Below are positions 35,901 through 50,472 of a stretch of 64,000 bases of DNA, piece after piece. The position numbers and the translations under genes are program-made. The number at the start of each line of letters is the position of its first letter. Positions within the stretch are counted from its first letter, which is position 1. This DNA is from Lepidodermella squamata (lineage: Eukaryota > Animalia > Gastrotricha): assembly GCA_047495785.1 (NCBI GenBank), contig JBLDXI010000002.1:992001-1056000 (forward strand), read 5' to 3'. The notes under the pieces were generated by a model. It worked only from the letters and a program-made list of their open reading frames with translations. It ran no database searches and had not been told where the DNA came from.

Positions 35901-38900
35901 ATCGGTAAAACCAAATTGGTTAAAAAGACTAGGCGAAATCGTCAATAATTGAAATAAATGGCGTTTTAATTTTCATTTTAAGGCCTAATCATCGAGTTGA
36001 AAGCGAAGTTCATTCATGATTAGAATTTAAAATTTAAAATTATTGCCTTATCGAATTTGCTGGCAAAAACATGAAACAAGGGTTCGAAAGCTCAGGAAAC
36101 CTTGTAAGTCCTTAACCTTAAATCGAGCTAATAAAAATAGGGAAAGACTCAAATTCGAAGCAGCAAATTCGATAAGGCAAACTAATCTCAGCCTTCTAGA
36201 TGAGATATGATTCTTACTCAGATTTATGGCAGAATATTATGATCAAAATATATGCCGAATAGCATTCCTTCCGAATGTTTCTCTTAATTAATATGATAAT
36301 TAGCCAATTGAATTTTCCGGTTGCAGTGGAACGGAGCTTTTAGGTCCCATTTTGGGTAGAAATTTCGAGTTCGGAGGTTGGAACCCTTCAAGGTTTCAAG
36401 GTTTATACAAATGGGCTTGGATTCGAGATTCTGAGAGTTTTTATAATTACAGCCCGGAAAGCCTCTCGGCTAAAGGCATAAATTCGGGCGAAATCTAGTA
36501 GCGAAATACAGTGTGTCCGTCAAATAATATGAGCCTATATATAGCATTTTAATTGCGCCTGTTCACGAGTCGTGCACGAGGCAAAAAAACGAAGCACTGA
36601 ATGATAGTACAGCTATTGTTGTTCATTGCTGGAAAAATATCAATTATTGCTCCGCCAAAATTTGTATTATTTAATCAAGATAAAGAACATTCTTCGGAAC
36701 GAAAGCATTAGCTTCGGGATTTTCACCTGCAAGGTTTGTACATTGCTAAAGTTTTGGGGACAACGAGTTGCCCTGAATATTCATGCAATAAGATCAAACG
36801 CGCAACAATGTCAACCTAATATCTGGAAAAAATATAACCATTTAAATAGCAAATTTTCTTATCCAATTCAGTTAAAACTGTTTGTACTAGCCATTGGACG
36901 TATTCTTGCGGGTATGTGAAATTCACGTATATAACGGTTAGCCGATAGCGCCCCGGATGCTACACAAATTGGCGAAAGCGACATTACCCCTTTATTTCAA
37001 AACGCGGAACTCATTTCAAACAGATTACCAGGTCGTAATGGAAACTGCTTTAGTTGCTTTCATTGCATTTGTTGCATTTGTTGCTTTTGTTGCATTTTAT
37101 GCTTCAACGGCAGTTATTAAATTAGACATGTAAGATTACGAAAAAATTTAGAAAATGTCCCGCGGCTGTTGAAGACCCAAGTCGATGGGCAAGTCGATGT
37201 ACGCGAAAAAGGGGAAACCCGATTCCAAAAAAGCGGTTTGTAAAACTGGCCATGGCCGAATTCAAAATGGCCCTTGCAAAACAAAAAACTGAAACGGCTC
37301 AGGGAGAAGATGGTGATGACGGAGATGAACCTGATAATTAAGATAATTTTTAAAGGCGCGGCTCGTTAAGAGGAAAATATTAGCATTCCTGATGGTCAGA
37401 ACATCACCTTCTCTATCACCTGAAAGAATTAAGACGAAGAAAGTTTAATCATCAACACTAGCTGATGCATACAAATTTTAACTAGCAGTAGTAAATAAAG
37501 CTTTCGATTTCATTGACGTATTATTTTTTGCATCTCATGAAAAAAATGAGACGCCAGATCTGGCACGCGCCACGCTTGCTGTTGCTTTTGGACTATAAAT
37601 AGCCTCATATTATTTGACGGACACACTGTAGTAAAATCAATCTTTCCAGTGACCAACTTTAGAAAACTTATTGCCCAAATCATAACAAAATCTTCCTACC
37701 TGGCAGGGTGTCAGTAGGCTGCAATTTTTCTTTATTCGAGCAGATAGCTAAACATTCGGCTTTGGAATTAAATCGATTAATCACGTTGGCACAGCCACCG
37801 TAAGTGAACGGCAAACATTCCTTGGTATCAGAGTTGTAGTAGTAACTGGAAAAAATACGTCAAATAATCAGTATGTATTATTTATAAAATGGATACCTTG
37901 GAATGCTTTGGCCGCAATCGAATATGTTTGCTTTGTCTGGATACCGGAATCCCAAGCATTTTTCTGTCAATTATCAGCCTTAATAAAAATTCCCTGTAAT
38001 TTAGCGAAAATTCTCACCCGCGTCTGATTTGAGGTTCGGATAGCAAAGAATGTGATAGCAGCCGCTGTGATCGGCACCAGCTTCCAACAACACTTTCATA
38101 ACATCTTCATCGCCAAGATTATCTGCAGCCATCAATGGCGTATTCCCATTTTGATCAGTAACATTAGGATTAGCACCTTTTTCGAGCAGAAACGACACAG
38201 CCTCGCTTTGATTGCACAGAACCGCCGACATTAGGGCCGTAATGTTGTAAACACCCTGGAGGCAGGTCAGTGTATCCTCGCCAGATTCACCCTGCCAGTT
38301 GATGTCAAGATAGCCGAGGTTAAGCAGCTCTTTCAGGTCGCTTATTGAACCTTCTGCAGCGTTTTTGATCAAGCTTTGTTGGAACAATTTAATCTGGATC
38401 GATTACAAAAATCATTTAAAATATTTTAATTTTCGAAAGTTTACGTTTTCTAGGCTAATGCATTGAGCATTGTTATAGTTCCAGGTTCGATCTGTCCCAC
38501 ACGTAGCGGTGTCGGATCCGATCAATTTGAACCCATCCATGCATGAAATAGTTCGGTTTGACCCGATTTCGGACAAGCCAGAGGCAAAAACAGCATTTTC
38601 CAGCACAGGTTCAGACAGGCAGGCATGAGTTACTAATTGAAAAAAATTATTTTTGGGGGGTTTTATCGAGAATTATTAAAATTACTCAGAGCCTTTCCGA
38701 CGCAAAATCCGGCGATTTTCCACTGTTTCTCCTCTGAACAAACGATTTCCTTGGAACCAACAAGCTCGAAGTCCTTGTCACAAATAATCTCGCCAATTGA
38801 ATTTTCGAATTGGATTTTCGCATTTTGAAGGACAGGAGCCGTACCACATCGAAATTCGACTACAACAAAAAATCCCGAAATTTTCAAAAGAAATATTGAA

Positions 38901-39745
38901 ATTAATCAATTACTCATCCTGTCTTCTCCAGCCGTAGTTTGAGGAATTGAAGGTTGTTGGGTTGAAGAAATTTCCCAAACTTTTTCGGTCGAGACTTCGG
39001 GCTTTTCAGTAGTAGAAGACTGTTCCGTGGTCGATTCATAAGAAATCGCCTCGGCTGTAACGGTAAAACCAGCCGTTGAAGTCCAAGCCGGAGTTTCCGA
39101 CCAACCTTGACAGACCATAGGCGAGAAAATTTGCGACCAATTTCCGTCAGGTTGGCAGGTAGCAACGAGCAAATCAGCAGGGATTGAAGCTCCTTGTTTG
39201 CAGACAACTCTGATTTGAACACCGGTTCGAACCTGGTCCAAAGAATCTCCAATCGGTTGCCATTGATCCGTATCGGGGGGTTTGAGTTCTATCGAAGCGC
39301 TGTCCAGGTGAGGAAGATGACACGCCAATTCTTCAGTTATCAAATTTTCTGCGATCTGAATAAATTAGTCATGTTATTCAAATGTCTAATAAAATATTTT
39401 TAATTAATTCAATTAATTCAATTAAATCCCAGAATGTTTCAAAATTTAAAATTCGATTAGCTAGTTCATCCTAATAATTTCCAATATTTTTAGAAAAATT
39501 TTGAACCTCCATCCTTGGGGATGAATTCTCCTTGGGACCTCGTGGTTTTAAATTTTAAATTACCTCCAATTCTGTCCCATCTCCGCTTCCTCGATTCTGC
39601 TCCAGGATTTTCACATTTATTAGCTGCAAAACGGAAAGAAGATAGGTTCCAAGTCCTTTCTGCATGTTTTTACCTGATCTTCAGCTTCAACGATAACGAA
39701 TAGCAACAAGGAAAGTGGTAAAAATGTAATTAGAAAATTTGTCAT
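32945..39745 (-). CDS. Sushi-ankyrin gene F: SP-CCP-S/T-rich-CCP-CCP-ANK-Kunitz-ANK-CCPx4-ANK mosaic
   Basis: ATG 39745 MTNFLITFLPLSLLLFVIVEA. Junctions are phase-compatible, one needing a GC donor at 34384. Ankyrin blocks at ~38394-38018, 35800-~34830 and 33628-32945. Ankyrin-to-CCP fusion is visible inside a single ORF (34353-35765). Confidence 0.78.
36509..37628. mobile_element. Non-autonomous Tc1/mariner-type element in gene F intron
   Basis: 25-bp perfect TIR CAGTGTGTCCGTCAAATAATATGAG with TA on both flanks. Confidence 0.9.
37700..37963 (-). other. Kunitz/BPTI domain exons of gene F (not in ORF track)
   Basis: Two exons give KCLGFRYPDKANIFDCGQSIPSYYYNSDTKECLPFTYGGCANVINRFNSKAECLAIC, with six Cys and FxYGGC / NRF motifs. 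Confidence 0.9.
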
Positions 39746-40088
39746 GATTTAAAAGCATGTGTCTTATAATTTTGAAACAAGAAAAATAATGACTAATTCT
39801 GAAATTTCATTTTCATTAGGGCTAATACGAGTCAGATGTCGGATGAAAGTCGCGTGCTCACCTTGAAGGCTGTATACACAACGTGATTCAACCTAGTCCC
39901 AACTGGCCTCGAAACAAATACGCCGTAATTCAATTAAAAAATTATTACACCACTCCTTATTTTATTAGGAGTTCAAAATAATCGCAAGGCAGCTGTTTAC
40001 ATAAGGCAATTAAAATTTCTTAATAGATTATCACAGCATAATAACATGGAAAAAAATGATAAAATCAAACGCGGAACAAGTTCAAAAT

Positions 40089-43000
40089 TCAAAAGTGCAG
40101 CTCGGCATCGTGCTCTTCCAGCAACTCATCGTCAGCCCAACTAACTGTAGCCGGGTCCACAATGGCCGCTGAACTGCTAGGTCGAGATGAGGATGCATTT
40201 TGAGGCAGAGAGCCACTTGTGGCGGTCGGAACTTGAGTCCCATGGGCAAGATGTAGAAATACCTAAAACAAAAAAGGAGTAAAAATGTTTGAAATTATGA
40301 AAAGTTTAAAATTTAAATTTTAAAAGTTGAAATTTTCAAATTTCAAAAAAATAATCTTCAAAATTAAATTCAAATTCAAAATTCAAAATTCAAAAAATAA
40401 TTCTCAATTTATGAAATTTTAAAAATTTTAATTCAAAAATTGAAAAATTTAAAAACAAACCGTGTCAAGCGTGTTTTGAGAGACTGAAAAATCATCGATT
40501 TGATGCAATAATCGGAGTCCAGAAAGCATGTCAAAAATGCGAGCCAAGTCCGGCCGCGTTTCCGTCAGCGCCAGCTCAACAATTTGATGCCGCTGCGCTA
40601 CGAAACGCCACGACCCCGGCTCAAAACCCGCCTTAACAAAGGCCTGATTCAGCATTTCAACCGGCGAAGATGATGGCGTTGAATGCCGTGACGGGAGTCG
40701 AACTGTTACCATGTAGCCATTGCCGTATTTATCCTTCAGTTGTTGGGTACTACCCAGGCAGCGTAGTTTCCCAGCTACCATAACGGCTAATCTCGAACAC
40801 AACACCTCACATTCCTCCATGCTGTGGGAGGTAAGGACGACTAATCGATTCTCGGCACGTAGCTCTAGGATCAAATTCCATAAAAACCGCCTGGAACCTG
40901 GGTCCATACCGGTTGTAGGCTCGTCGAGTAACACCACGCTAGGGTCGCCTAGCAACGCCAAAGCGGCCGATAATTTCCGCTTCGTTCCACCCGAGTAGGT
41001 CCGGCTAGGTTTATCGGCATGTAGTTCCAATCCCATCCTTTCAATCAGCCAAGCTACAATACCTGGTTCCAACTCGGGTTTTATACCCCGGATTCTAGCG
41101 AAAAATTCCAGATGCTCCCGCGCGGTTAATTCCTCGAGTAATGGGTCAGTTTGCGGGCAGAATCCGACGTGTTGGAAAATTCCTCTCGTCGGACCGCCAA
41201 CGCCACATAACTGGCCATTGCCCATCCTCGCCTCGCCAGCGGTTGAGTTGAAAATTCCGGAGAGCATGGAAAAAGTTGTCGATTTTCCAGCCCCATTCAG
41301 GCCTAATAGCCCGAAACATTCGCCGGGTGGAAGGCCGAGGCTTAGCCTATCAACAGCGAGGAGAGGGCCGTTTTTCGTCGAATACTGCTTAGTCAAACCG
41401 TCGAGAACCAGCAGATCGTTTTCAGTGTTGGCTGTCATGACGCGGTGGCGCTCTGCGATAACGTCTGGGTCTTCGTTTTCCGAGTTTCGAAGGCTGGGTG
41501 GCGTCCAGGATCGCCGCTTTTTCGCGTCGTTTTTGCATGTGATTTCGATGCGGGTCAGCCATTCGATGAGAAGAGTTAGGCCGAAAAATAGGAAGCCGGC
41601 GATGAACATTGAGAGGTAGTTTCGCAGTGTTGTTTCCCAAGTGAAAGGCGACGTGATTTTCTCGTTTTGACCTAAAATTGGAAACCATTGAAAATTAAAC
41701 CAAAATTCCAATTTTAAAATTGTATTGAAATTCAAAATTTTGAAATTTTGAAATTTTAATTTTAAAATTTTAATTTAAAATTGAGTGCATTTCAAGAGTT
41801 CATTTTTTTATTTTAATCTTAATTTTAAAAATTTAAAATTCATTTGAATTTTTTTTCAATTTTTTTTTAATTTTTCCAATTTACCTGATAAAGCGAAGAA
41901 TTCATTTTTGTAATGATTAATGGCAATATCCATAATTCCACGGCCGAGGCAGTAGGGCGGAAAGACGAGGAAAGCATTTTTCAGGAAAGAATTGGCTGTT
42001 TTTAAGGCATCTGTTGAACTGAACATGTCGAGTAGGAAGCTTGATATGAGGCAGGTCGTTCCTATGAATAAGTTGAACACAACAAGGAAAACATAGGCTT
42101 TGCTTGGATCGGTGAATTTCCACGACAGCGGGTACATCATCGGCGTCATAGACCAGCCGTACAACAGGAAAAGCAGGGTGATTGCTGCCAGGTTGTAGCC
42201 AGCAATATAAGCTGGAACTTGGAACATGGCTAAAACAACCTTAAATTTCGAGAAAAAAATAGAAAACAAATATTTAAAAAAAATACTGAAAAATTACGAT
42301 GCAAGATGCAGCTGGAACAAAATAATTAAGCAGGTCCCAGCAAAAATTAGCGATCCAATAAACAATAGGATTGAGCCCAGCCATTATCTGTGGGAAAATT
42401 CCGAAATTATGAAAATTTTATTTATTTATTTTTAAAATTTTTTTACCTGAGTTTGCTTGACTAATAGCGATCGCTCGTAGACCAAAAACACGACGAATGA
42501 AGCCGGGACAAAGGCCATAGCCGTAATAATGAAAATTGCGATAATCATATCGGTACCTTGCAAGCTGAAAATATTGAAACAATTCGATTGAATTTTCAAT
42601 TTTCAAATTTCAAATTTTTTAAAATTTTAATAATTTTTTTTTTCAACTTACGCCATATCTTGAACTTCGCCTCGGTCCGTACTGTTGATAGGATGATTGT
42701 AGGTGGTGATGCCATACGCCGCCGGATTTCCAAACCGCGGATTTTTCCCAACATTAGCCCGTAAAATCGCGTTATTCACCGAGTTGAGAAAAGCCGGCAA
42801 TGAGTGATAGCCGCGATGTTCTATGAAGTAATTAGCAACGTTTCGCGTTGCCAAGCGGCGCAGGTCATTCGTCGCGCCTCGGCCGAAATCAGCCGGCACT
42901 TGGTGGAGTTCGGAACCGAAGGCAATTGCGCCGTAGCGATGGCGCTTGAACTCGGAGCCGGTATTTAGCAGGTATTCAGTCAAATTTTGATTGCCGAGAT

Positions 43001-46000
43001 CGATTATGTAGTCACCGGTTACCAAGTTTAAACTATTTTAAAATTAGAAAAATTCAAAATATTTAAAATGAAATTCAAAAAAATTCGACAGAAAATGTTG
43101 GAAAATTTCAGCGGGATTTCAAAATCAAATTTAAAATTAAAATTTAATCAATGAAGCATTTTTTAATTTTTCAAAAATCCATTTAAAAAAATCACCGATT
43201 TTTAGAATAATTTTAAATATTTTCCATTTCAATATTAAAAATTTTCGATTTTTCAATTTTTTATTAGAATTTTACTAAATTTAAGAGAATTGTTTTAAGA
43301 GCAATCGTGATAATTTTTTACCTGGGTGGTCGCTGATAGTCATCGTCACACTCCACTCCGGAGCTATCTCGCGAACAGTGGCAATTGGGATAGAATTGCA
43401 AAGTCGAATTATCGAAAGCCGTATAACGCGATCTGCCAATAAATTCCTGCCCCATCTCCGAAATCTGACACTCTTCATTGAAGTAACGACTATCGTTCTC
43501 TTTCGATTTAAGCACACACCGAGCCGAAATGCCACTGGGCAGGTACAACGTAGCCGCCAACTCATTGGCACCAGCGTCGGGAGACTCAACTCCGGCTAAA
43601 TTAAGCTGGTAATTAACTATCGGCGTGAAAAGGCCGCGCGGTTGCGTTGCGTCGTAGTACTGCGCCGGCGACATGTCCAACGGTTCCGGGTCATCGAACA
43701 TCGGCGCCGACAGCGCCATGGACATGGCAATCGCCGCAAACAGCGCCGGTAGCACAATTTGCGAAATCAACACCGGAATATTTCGCCGCACAAAAAGCAG
43801 CCGCTTGATGAAAAGTGCGCGAAAATGTTTAAGGTGGGTGAAGCGTGTCCGCTCGCCACGCTGCGAGCCGATGCCATACACCAGCGCCTCCTTAATTTTT
43901 TGATAATTAATCTGCTCTTCACTAGCCGGCGGCTTTTCCGGCTGAGGTTTCGGCGAAATTCCGGCGAGTAAAATCGCGGCTGAGTCGTTTGAAGATTGAC
44001 GGTTGTGGCGGGAGGTTAAATTGATGATATCTGAGGTGTTACTGGCCTGCCGCGAGTGACCCCGCCGCGTGACAAAAGTTCGACCCTCCTCACATTGAGC
44101 TGTTCTCGTAATTCGCAAAAACGCCTCCTCCAGCGACGAGTCGAACACGCCGAAGGATGAAAATCCAACCGTGTCCAATGAAGCGTTAAGTTGCTTGAAA
44201 AATTCGGCAAATTTCGCCTGATCGGCATACGGCAAAATGAAATGTAGCTCCAATTTTGACTCAGAGTACAAAAATGCTGATGGCAAGAATTTTTTCATAA
44301 AATCAATCGCTTGACCTAAGGAGCGCCTCGTCACGCTTGACCTAACACCGACTAAATGATACCCGTCGCAAAATGTGTTTTTCAAAAAAATCGACGATCC
44401 GCAACATTTGAGCCGCCCGTTTGAAATAACGGCAATACGATCGGATAACACGTCAGCTTCGTCCATGTGATGCGTGGATAATAGGATGGTCCGACCCTGT
44501 TTATACCGGACGATCAAGTCCCAAATAGCCCGGCGTGAATATGGGTCAACCCCGGCTGTAGGTTCGTCGAGAATCACCAACCGTGACCGGCCGATAAAGG
44601 CTAGGGCTATCGATAATTTTCGCTTCATCCCACCCGATAGCTGGTTAACCGGGGTCGAAGCCTTCGCAAAGAGGCCGACATCTTTCAGCATGGAATCAAT
44701 GTCCTGTTTCGAGTAGGATCGCTTTAGCCCTGAGTAGAATTGAAGGTGTTCTTCTGGCGTTAAATGGTCGAATAAAACGTCATGCTGCGGGCAAAATCCG
44801 ACTGAATTTCGGATCAAATCGAGATTTTTCGCTAAATCGAGGCCGTAGACTCGGACTGAGCCGCTTGTAGGGGGTAGAATTCCAGTTAGAATGGACATGG
44901 TTGACGTCTTCCCAGCCCCGTTATGGCCGAGTAACCCGGTTATTTGCGACTCGTAAAGCTTGAGAGATAACGAATTAACAGCGACTTTTCCGGTTTTTCG
45001 GTAAATTTTCGTCAAATTATCGATTTCAACTCCAAGAGGGAGTGTTGTCGGATCGCGTTCGAAATGTCGAGCTGGGTTGACTTCATCGCCGGGTATCAAA
45101 CTGGGTTGGTCTAGGTTAGGAGGTTGAAATCGCTGTTTCGTGAAATTTCGGATGATTTGAACGAGTTTGGCGAAGAAATTCGGCATTTCGTACTCGTCAT
45201 CACCAGGCAGGCCAGTCCAGAAAGTTTTCGTGAACGGGAAATACCACGGTTTTGGGACACCGAACGAGCCAGGGTGAACCTAAAAATTGAAAAAATCCTC
45301 CTTAAATTGTTATAGAATTAACAAAAATTAAACACAAAATAAATCCTCAAATCTGGCTCTCCAAATCCCGATTTAAAATAATTCTGTCAAAGTTAGGTTC
45401 AATTTTACAATAAAAATAAATAATGTTACAGTAATTCTAGAATTTTTATAATATTATTGAATTTTTTCCTAATTATTCAGATTTAGTAAAATTTTAAAAA
45501 ATCATAGCCTTAACAATCCGAAATTTCAAACCAATCTACAACGTGTCCCAGGGGAAAGCAATAGGAATGAATTTAAATAAAGGAGTCGGAAATTTTTCAA
45601 ATGATTTTCGGAAAAAATCAATTCTATCAGATTGGGATCAACTTAAATTTGAAAAATAAAAAATCCGGCGAAATTCGGGTAAAATACCGAAAATTACCAT
45701 ACGTGTTACCAAACGGGTTTTTCGGGATTATTTACCATTTCCTCGGTAAAATATCAGACAATAAATAGGAAATGCCCTGTGGATACCCAATTTAACAATA
45801 GATAAATCATTTTTTTTCGCAAAAAATGGCGAGCTCGAAAATTGGTAAGGGGCACGCAACAAATATTCTAAATTATTTCAATAAATCCCTATTTCAGAAT
45901 ATTACGATCCAGGTCAAGGTAGGTATTATAGGATTTTACCAAAATTTTACGATTTGTGTTACCTGTTCGATGTACCAAGCGAGAACAGCATACAACAGCG

Positions 46001-48873
46001 AATCCGCGGCCAAGTAGGCGAATGAATGTAGCAGCGTGAATGAGTCATGCTCAATAGGCGATAGGGCTAGATTGTCCCATTGAACTCCAATACCCTCAGC
46101 TTCCCGCAACGAGATATACTTGCAACTCAAGCCAAAGGCAGATGTTGAAAATAGGCTAGCAAAGTGTTTCAACCAAACTGAAATATCCCCACCCGAGACA
46201 TCTTCTCGAATTCCGATGCACATCGATGGTACGTAGGATAGCAAATACAGCATTCCCGCAGTTGCTGAGGCGATTTTCGCCTTTGAAAACAGCGAGCTGA
46301 TTAAAAATGCGAAGGTAATCGTCGCGACAGCGTAGGATTCGAGCATTAGCCAAATGATGAGAGAATTGCTGTGAACGAGAACTTGCGAGTAGCGAAGGAC
46401 CAGGGTGACTACGGTCATTGAAACGGTTAGCTGAGCAAAGGCCGTTATGAACCAAGCCAGGCCGTGCATGGCGTTGCTGAGGCCCATGATTTTCATAAAT
46501 TCTTTAAGGCGGCGTTCTTTTTCAGACACGATATTCTGGGCAAGAATTGCGGCTGGATAGACGAAGCTGATCGTCATACAGAGTGGCAAGATCAAGCTAA
46601 AAAAATTCGAAATTGCAAATTATAAAAAAAATGAAAAATTGAAAAAATCAACATTAGATTAAAAACCATTGAAAATTCGAAAAATCCAATTTTTTTAATT
46701 TCAAAAATTATTGCAACCAAAAATATTTCTAAATTAAATTTTCAACTTCAATTTTCAACTGAAAATTTTCATTTTGAAAATTTCCGAATAATAATTACCT
46801 GTTCGTGAAAAGAAAAATATCGTAGAGGTAGCACGGGTGCGGAAAAGTCGTGGAATAAGTCCCAGGTTCGATCACATCACGGCCCATTATTACATCGATA
46901 ATTGATCGATCAATTAACTCTTGAAGGAAGCTGAAACCAGTACTAAAAAAATATTGAATTTACGGATATTTTCCATTATTGTTTTAAAAATTACAAGTAG
47001 TAGTAATAGTCCCAATTTCTCGGCAACGGTGTCCAATAAATCGGCCGAATGCGGCGAACACTTGGCAAGAAGGACGAATTCATGCGAATTTTGTACGTCA
47101 CATGAGGCGGCAAATCGGCGTAATTTTCAGATTCGTTCAATTTGAAGGCAACTATCGCTAAGACGCTGACATTTTCACGAGTAGCCTGGCCTAATAGCGA
47201 ATATTTAACGGCTTCATCTTCGCTGCGGAATGGCATGAATATCGACAGGTTGGCTGAGGCAGTGAGGTCGGCAATTGAACACGCGACTTGATCAACTCGG
47301 TCGAGTTGCGTGAGCAGCTCCGGGGCAGTTGGAATTTTCATCTTCAAAAACGGTTCAAGGACCTTTCGACTAACATTGAGAGACGATGATAGATTCGAGT
47401 CATTTTTCAGATAATCTCGGAGCCAAAGTTGGGTCTGCATAAAATTTAAAAAATTTAAAAAAAAATCGAAATTTTTTCAAATTTAAATTCAAATTTAAAA
47501 AATTTCAAATCATGAATTTTCAATTTTTAAATTTCAGAAATATTTACCTGATTTATGGCTACCAATTTTTCCGCAGTTTCAGGCCTCGAAAAAATTCTGC
47601 GCAGTTCAACGCTGGTGTTGGCCAGCCAAAATCGCGAAAGATCCGCAATTTTCTCAATCGCTTCAAACGTTCTATTCGCCTTTTTCATGACCAACTCAGC
47701 GCTGCTGTTCGATGGGCTGAATAGGATTCTCGGCTTCGATCGCAAAATCTTCTCCCAAAACGGGCGATATTGATCGCCGAAATCATTGCCACTTTTCACT
47801 GTTCCATTTGTATCGGTGAATAGGACAGCGTCGTTATATTGGGACGCGTTGGCGAGAAGCTGGGTTGGGCATAAAACCGGTTGTAAAGCGCCGAAAATTC
47901 GCATTAATTTAGCTGGTAAATCAGGCTTATTAGCGGTACTATTTTCCGATGTGGCATTATTCAAGTGCGGATGGTGGCATTGTCCAAGATTAAAAAATTT
48001 AGACAATGCTGATAGTTCGTCCAACGCAGCGTGAAAAGCCGCAAATTCAGCCAGCTTAAAAAAATTCAAAAAATTCAATAAAAACATCCGATGGATCCGA
48101 ATTACCTTTGCGAATGCAGCTTGGCCGTTATTCGAAAAATTAAACCCAAGATTCGAAAGCTCCTGAGCAAGTTGGAAATCTCGATCCGGAATTGTCCCAT
48201 TATTTGGAAGTAGATGCTCGAAATCTTCGAGGTCTCTTACCCCGATTGAAAAATCGCGACCAGCTTGACGTTTAATCCGTCGTTTTTCCACCGTTAAATT
48301 TGTTAATATTTGATTGAAATTCGGCGTGGCTGCTGCTTGGGAAAGAAAGTCCAAGTTGCTATCGTATTTTTCACCGAGGTTTTTCAAATCTAACGACGAT
48401 TGAGCTGGGTAATACGTGAGAAAGTCCCGATAGGCAGTATCAAGCCGGCTCAGCCATAAATGAAGCCTGAAAAATTGACAGGTGCACTCGGGCAGGGCGT
48501 GCTCAAATTACCCCGCACTTACGTTGAATTTTCGTCGAGCTGAGGCAAACCATCGTCGCCCAACGGGAAACCGGGTAGGCCGCTGCACATGCCTTGTAAA
48601 AATTGTACAACTCCGGCAGATGGCATGGCTAGTGATCGGGATGTATGAGCCGCTGTCGCTTGTGGAAGATTGTTGTGGCGAAGTAGGGCGAGAACAGCAA
48701 ATAGTACGAAAGGCAGAAAAGTCTCCAACAACAATATCACCTTTTAAAATTTTTAATAAATTTTTAAAAATAAATTTTAAATTTTGGGAATTGAAAGAAA
48801 TATTTACAGGAAGTCGCCGTTTCACCAGGAAATTTTTCCATAGCAGCAACTTGAGCTGGTGAAGATTTTTCAT
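40089..48873 (-). CDS. ABCA2: ABCA-subfamily full transporter, ABCA2-like
   Basis: Start [14 protein letters not shown]. Two NBDs ([23 protein letters not shown] and [23 protein letters not shown]). [29 protein letters not shown] resembles ABCA2. Last exon 40262-40089. Confidence 0.88.
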
Positions 48874-50472
48874 GTTCCAGCAATTGTTTTTTATCAGCTA
48901 CATCGATGGCGGTAAATTCAGGCTTTAAAATCTATTTCTAAATAATTGTATTAGATAACAAAAGAATTTAAGTATATTATTTTATCGGCTGTATTAGAGG
49001 GCGTTTATCGTCTTGCCAGGTATTATATATACTCGTGTAACTAAATTGAGATTTCACTTGCGCTCAAGTGCATTGATGAAGAAGATGGGGGTTGCGATCA
49101 TGGATAAGAGCCAACAGCGTGCACGAATTGTAAATGCAAACACCACGACGACGGTTGGTTATATGAAAAAAAAATCGAGGTCCTGCGTGATAACTGGTGT
49201 AGAAGTGAAGAAAAACGCGTCGCGCAAGTCGGTGCACATTATATATTATTATTATTGCTATGCCTTTTTTCTGCGCGCACATAAAATAAGCCGCTTCTCA
49301 TCTCTGCGCCATCAGGTGATAATATTTTATTTTCGCACTTTCATTAAAAATACCTAAGTGAAACTGACTAGGCGTGAAGACACTCATATACCCTAGAAGC
49401 TTTAATGAGTGGCCCCACTGGCGTCCTGGACAAGAAACAGAAATGCTAAAATAGAAAAAAATTCCTAGTTTTGGTCAATTTTGTAGTTTAAATGAAAAAT
49501 TCGTCTAAATTTGGGACACTTCGGTGACTGTTTGGATTTATGATTCGTGCTTGGATTATAGGTCTAACGGAATAAAAAAAATTCCGAACAGATAGATTAG
49601 GAACTAATAAAGGCTAATTAGCGCAAAACTCGTCGTAATTACATTTTGATCAAGGAAGAATTGCAACCCTGGAAGATCTATTATGGGAATCCTCAATCAC
49701 AAAGCATAATTAAGAAATGTTAATTTGTGGCTTGAATACAGCTATATAAATCTGAGAATTTCGGCGAAATATGCTGCAATCGATGTGAAAAAATTTCTAA
49801 GGTTGTGTGAGTCGAAGCGTGGTAAATTTTTAATGTCGGAAAAATATACCCAATCGCTTTAAGGTCCAATATACACTCGTCTATATAGGTATAGCTTCTG
49901 TGTGCACCTACATAAATTTTTTCTATATATTCGCAAATATATATAACGCGCTCGTGACATCACACGGCAAAAGCCGCGCGCGCACAATCGCATTCGTATT
50001 ATTTATATAAAAGCGAAACATCCGCAATATTTTTTTTTACGAGTACCTAGTATAATTATATTATATAAAAAATGCCACACATTGTAGAAATGCATTACGC
50101 CTGTGTATTTAGACACATCGTACAAAGGTAAAGGCGAATACCTATATACTATGCGCGTGCGCTTTGTTGTGATAAAAACTTGCACCTGTAGCAATAATTT
50201 CATATTATTTCATGTGTAATAATGAAGTAAGGGGGAGGGTCGAGCAAAAAATGCTAGGTATTTTATACGTGCCATTTTTCGCATATAAAAGGGCGTCGCG
50301 TTTTGGCAGACTAATTATCGATTCTTGATGTTATCATCGAGCCGCTGCTTCCGGTAAAGCAAAAAGACCAATTAAATAGAATTTATACTCAAATTTCAAA
50401 TAAATTGCAAAAAATATTCCCAATAATTTTTTATTTTATTTTTCGGGTGTAAAATATGGAAACTAATTTTTT

